A stretch of DNA of 64,000 nucleotides from contig CM119265.1 in NCBI GenBank assembly GCA_051294375.1, positions 4,161,025-4,225,024 on the forward strand. The letters run 5' to 3'. The translations under genes and the position numbers were made by a program. This DNA is from Paraspadella gotoi. Lineage: Eukaryota; Animalia; Chaetognatha. Below the pieces are notes generated by a model. The model was not told the DNA's origin and searched no databases. It saw nothing but the letters and a program-made list of their open reading frames with translations. Position 1 is the stretch's first letter; every line of letters begins with the position of its first letter. This document shows, in pieces, positions 62,416-64,000 of this stretch.

Positions 62416-63526
62416 TAGTTNNNNNNNNNNNNNNNNNNNNNNNNNNNNNNNNNNNNNNNNNNNNNNNNNNNNNNNNNNNNNNNNNNNNNNNNNNNNNNNN
62501 NNNNNNNNNNNNNNNNNNNNNNNNNNNNNNNNNNNNNNNNNNNNNNNNNNNNNNNNNNNNNNNNNNNNNNNNNNNNNNNNNNNNNNNNNNNNNNNNNNNN
62601 NNNNNNNNNNNNNNNNNNNNNNNNNNNNNNNNNNNNNNNNNNNNNNNNNNNNNNNNNNNNNNNNNNNNCGTCACGCTTTTTTCTTTCTTTTTTTCTCTTT
62701 TTCTTTCTGTCTCTCTCTCTTTAACTCTCTCTTTTACTCATACACGTATTTGATTGTTTTATTTACGTTGAATGAATCATCGCATCAATGAATGATTATC
62801 ATCACATCAATGAATGACGATCATCGTATCAATCATTAGGTTATCATGACATCTATCATTTGGTTATCATCGCATCCATTATTGGTTATTGGTTATCATC
62901 GCATCAATTTTTTGTCTTTACTATTACTATTACATCAATCATTTACTATTACATCAATCAAATACTATTACATCAATAATTTGTTATCGCATCAATCATT
63001 CGTTTTTTCCCAGATTTTTCCATTAATTTTCTTTGATAGTCCCGGCTAGCGAGATCCATACTGTATACTTTCTTTCAAGATTTTTTTCTTTATGATTCAT
63101 AAAAATAGAATATATTTCTTCTGTTAATTATAAGTGCATGCATTTAGTTTTCCTTGTATTTTGATTTATTTTTGGCGTGCGGGGACGGGCGGGATAATAT
63201 CTTGTACTTAGGCAAATATGTTAACATTTCCTTTTAAAACTCCTACCAACCCAATTCTCTCCCTCTCTCTCTCTTTCTCTCTCTCCTTCCCTCTCTCTCT
63301 CTCTTTCTCTCTCTCTCCCTCTCGTCTCTCCTTCCGCTCTCCTCCTGCCCTCACTCTATCTCTCTCGCCCTCCCTCTCTCTCTCTCTCCTCCCTCTCTCT
63401 CCCTCTCTCTCCTCTCCTTCTCCATCCCTCTCTCTCTCTCCCTTCCTCTCTCTCTCCCTCCCTCTCTCTCTCTCTCCCTCTCTGTCTCTCTCTATCGCTC
63501 TCTCTCTCCCTCTCATCTCTCCTTAG

Positions 63527-63657
63527 CTACTTTAGTCTGGGGCGGGATCGCCATGTACTACGACGAGATGTTACGTCGGCCTCAGAAAAGTCGAAACCTC
63601 AATGAGTTTCTTCTCGACGTCATCAAGTCACTCTTCAAGGACATCTCCACTGACAAG
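63527..63657 (+). CDS. PDE10A: PDE10A-like exon, GAF-A/GAF-B linker (SYLVWGGIAMYYDEMLRRPQKSRNLNEFLLDVIKSLFKDISTDK)
   Basis: ccttag acceptor, AAG|gt donor, 'LNEFLLDV.KS.F' linker motif. Needs removal of one T at ~63531-63533 (likely homopolymer error). Confidence 0.88.
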
Positions 63658-64000
63658 GTTGGCTTCGACGTCGTCGTCGTCGTCGTTGTTGTTGTCGTTG
63701 TTCGCATCGTCTCATTCCCAATTTTCTTTCTTGGGGACAGCGATACCTATATCATTGTTGTCGTCGTCGTCGTCGTCGTCATCGTCGTAACAAAAATATT
63801 TAGACGAGGGTATAACAAGGTATTTCTGTCGTTTTATCGTCGTCGTCGTCGTCGTCGTCGTCGTCCTCATTATCGAAAAAGTTTTTTTTGGGTGAAACTC
63901 TTAATGTCGTTTTTATCTTTCGCTTGTCATTGTAATAATCTCTAAATGAATAACCTTAAATTTCAAATCGCTGATTTAACCATTTGATCTTCTCGGCGCT

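Overview
Eukaryotic, non-microbial DNA. It is AT-rich invertebrate-like genomic sequence with spliceosomal introns, (AG)n/(GAC)n microsatellites, N-gaps and indel-rich long-read consensus, so the supplied ORF track is mostly spurious. Two genes are supportable. The first is the 3' end of a + strand extracellular leucine-rich-repeat protein (exons 6097-6253, 7517-7705, 8189-8764), with a frameshifted duplicate at 348-1584. The second is the 5' part of a + strand PDE10A-like GAF phosphodiesterase (six exons, about 52286-63657, running off the window). A possible orphan minus-strand gene lies at about 10.1-14.6 kb, and an orphan acidic exon at 30269-30538. The rest is a dense transposon landscape: hAT elements with 8-bp TSDs, a Tc1-type element with TA TSDs, a DINE-1/HINE-like Helentron family (about 9 copies, one nested), a non-autonomous Helitron, and several minisatellites. 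The most notable signal is a repeat family carrying minimal hammerhead-ribozyme motifs (Penelope-like/retrozyme-like; 3 intact cores, 2 degenerate). Large redundant blocks (about 7.2-kb tandem, about 11.4-kb palindrome, about 3.2-kb noisy tandem) may be assembly or amplification artefacts. No CRISPR, rRNA or intact tRNA was seen.
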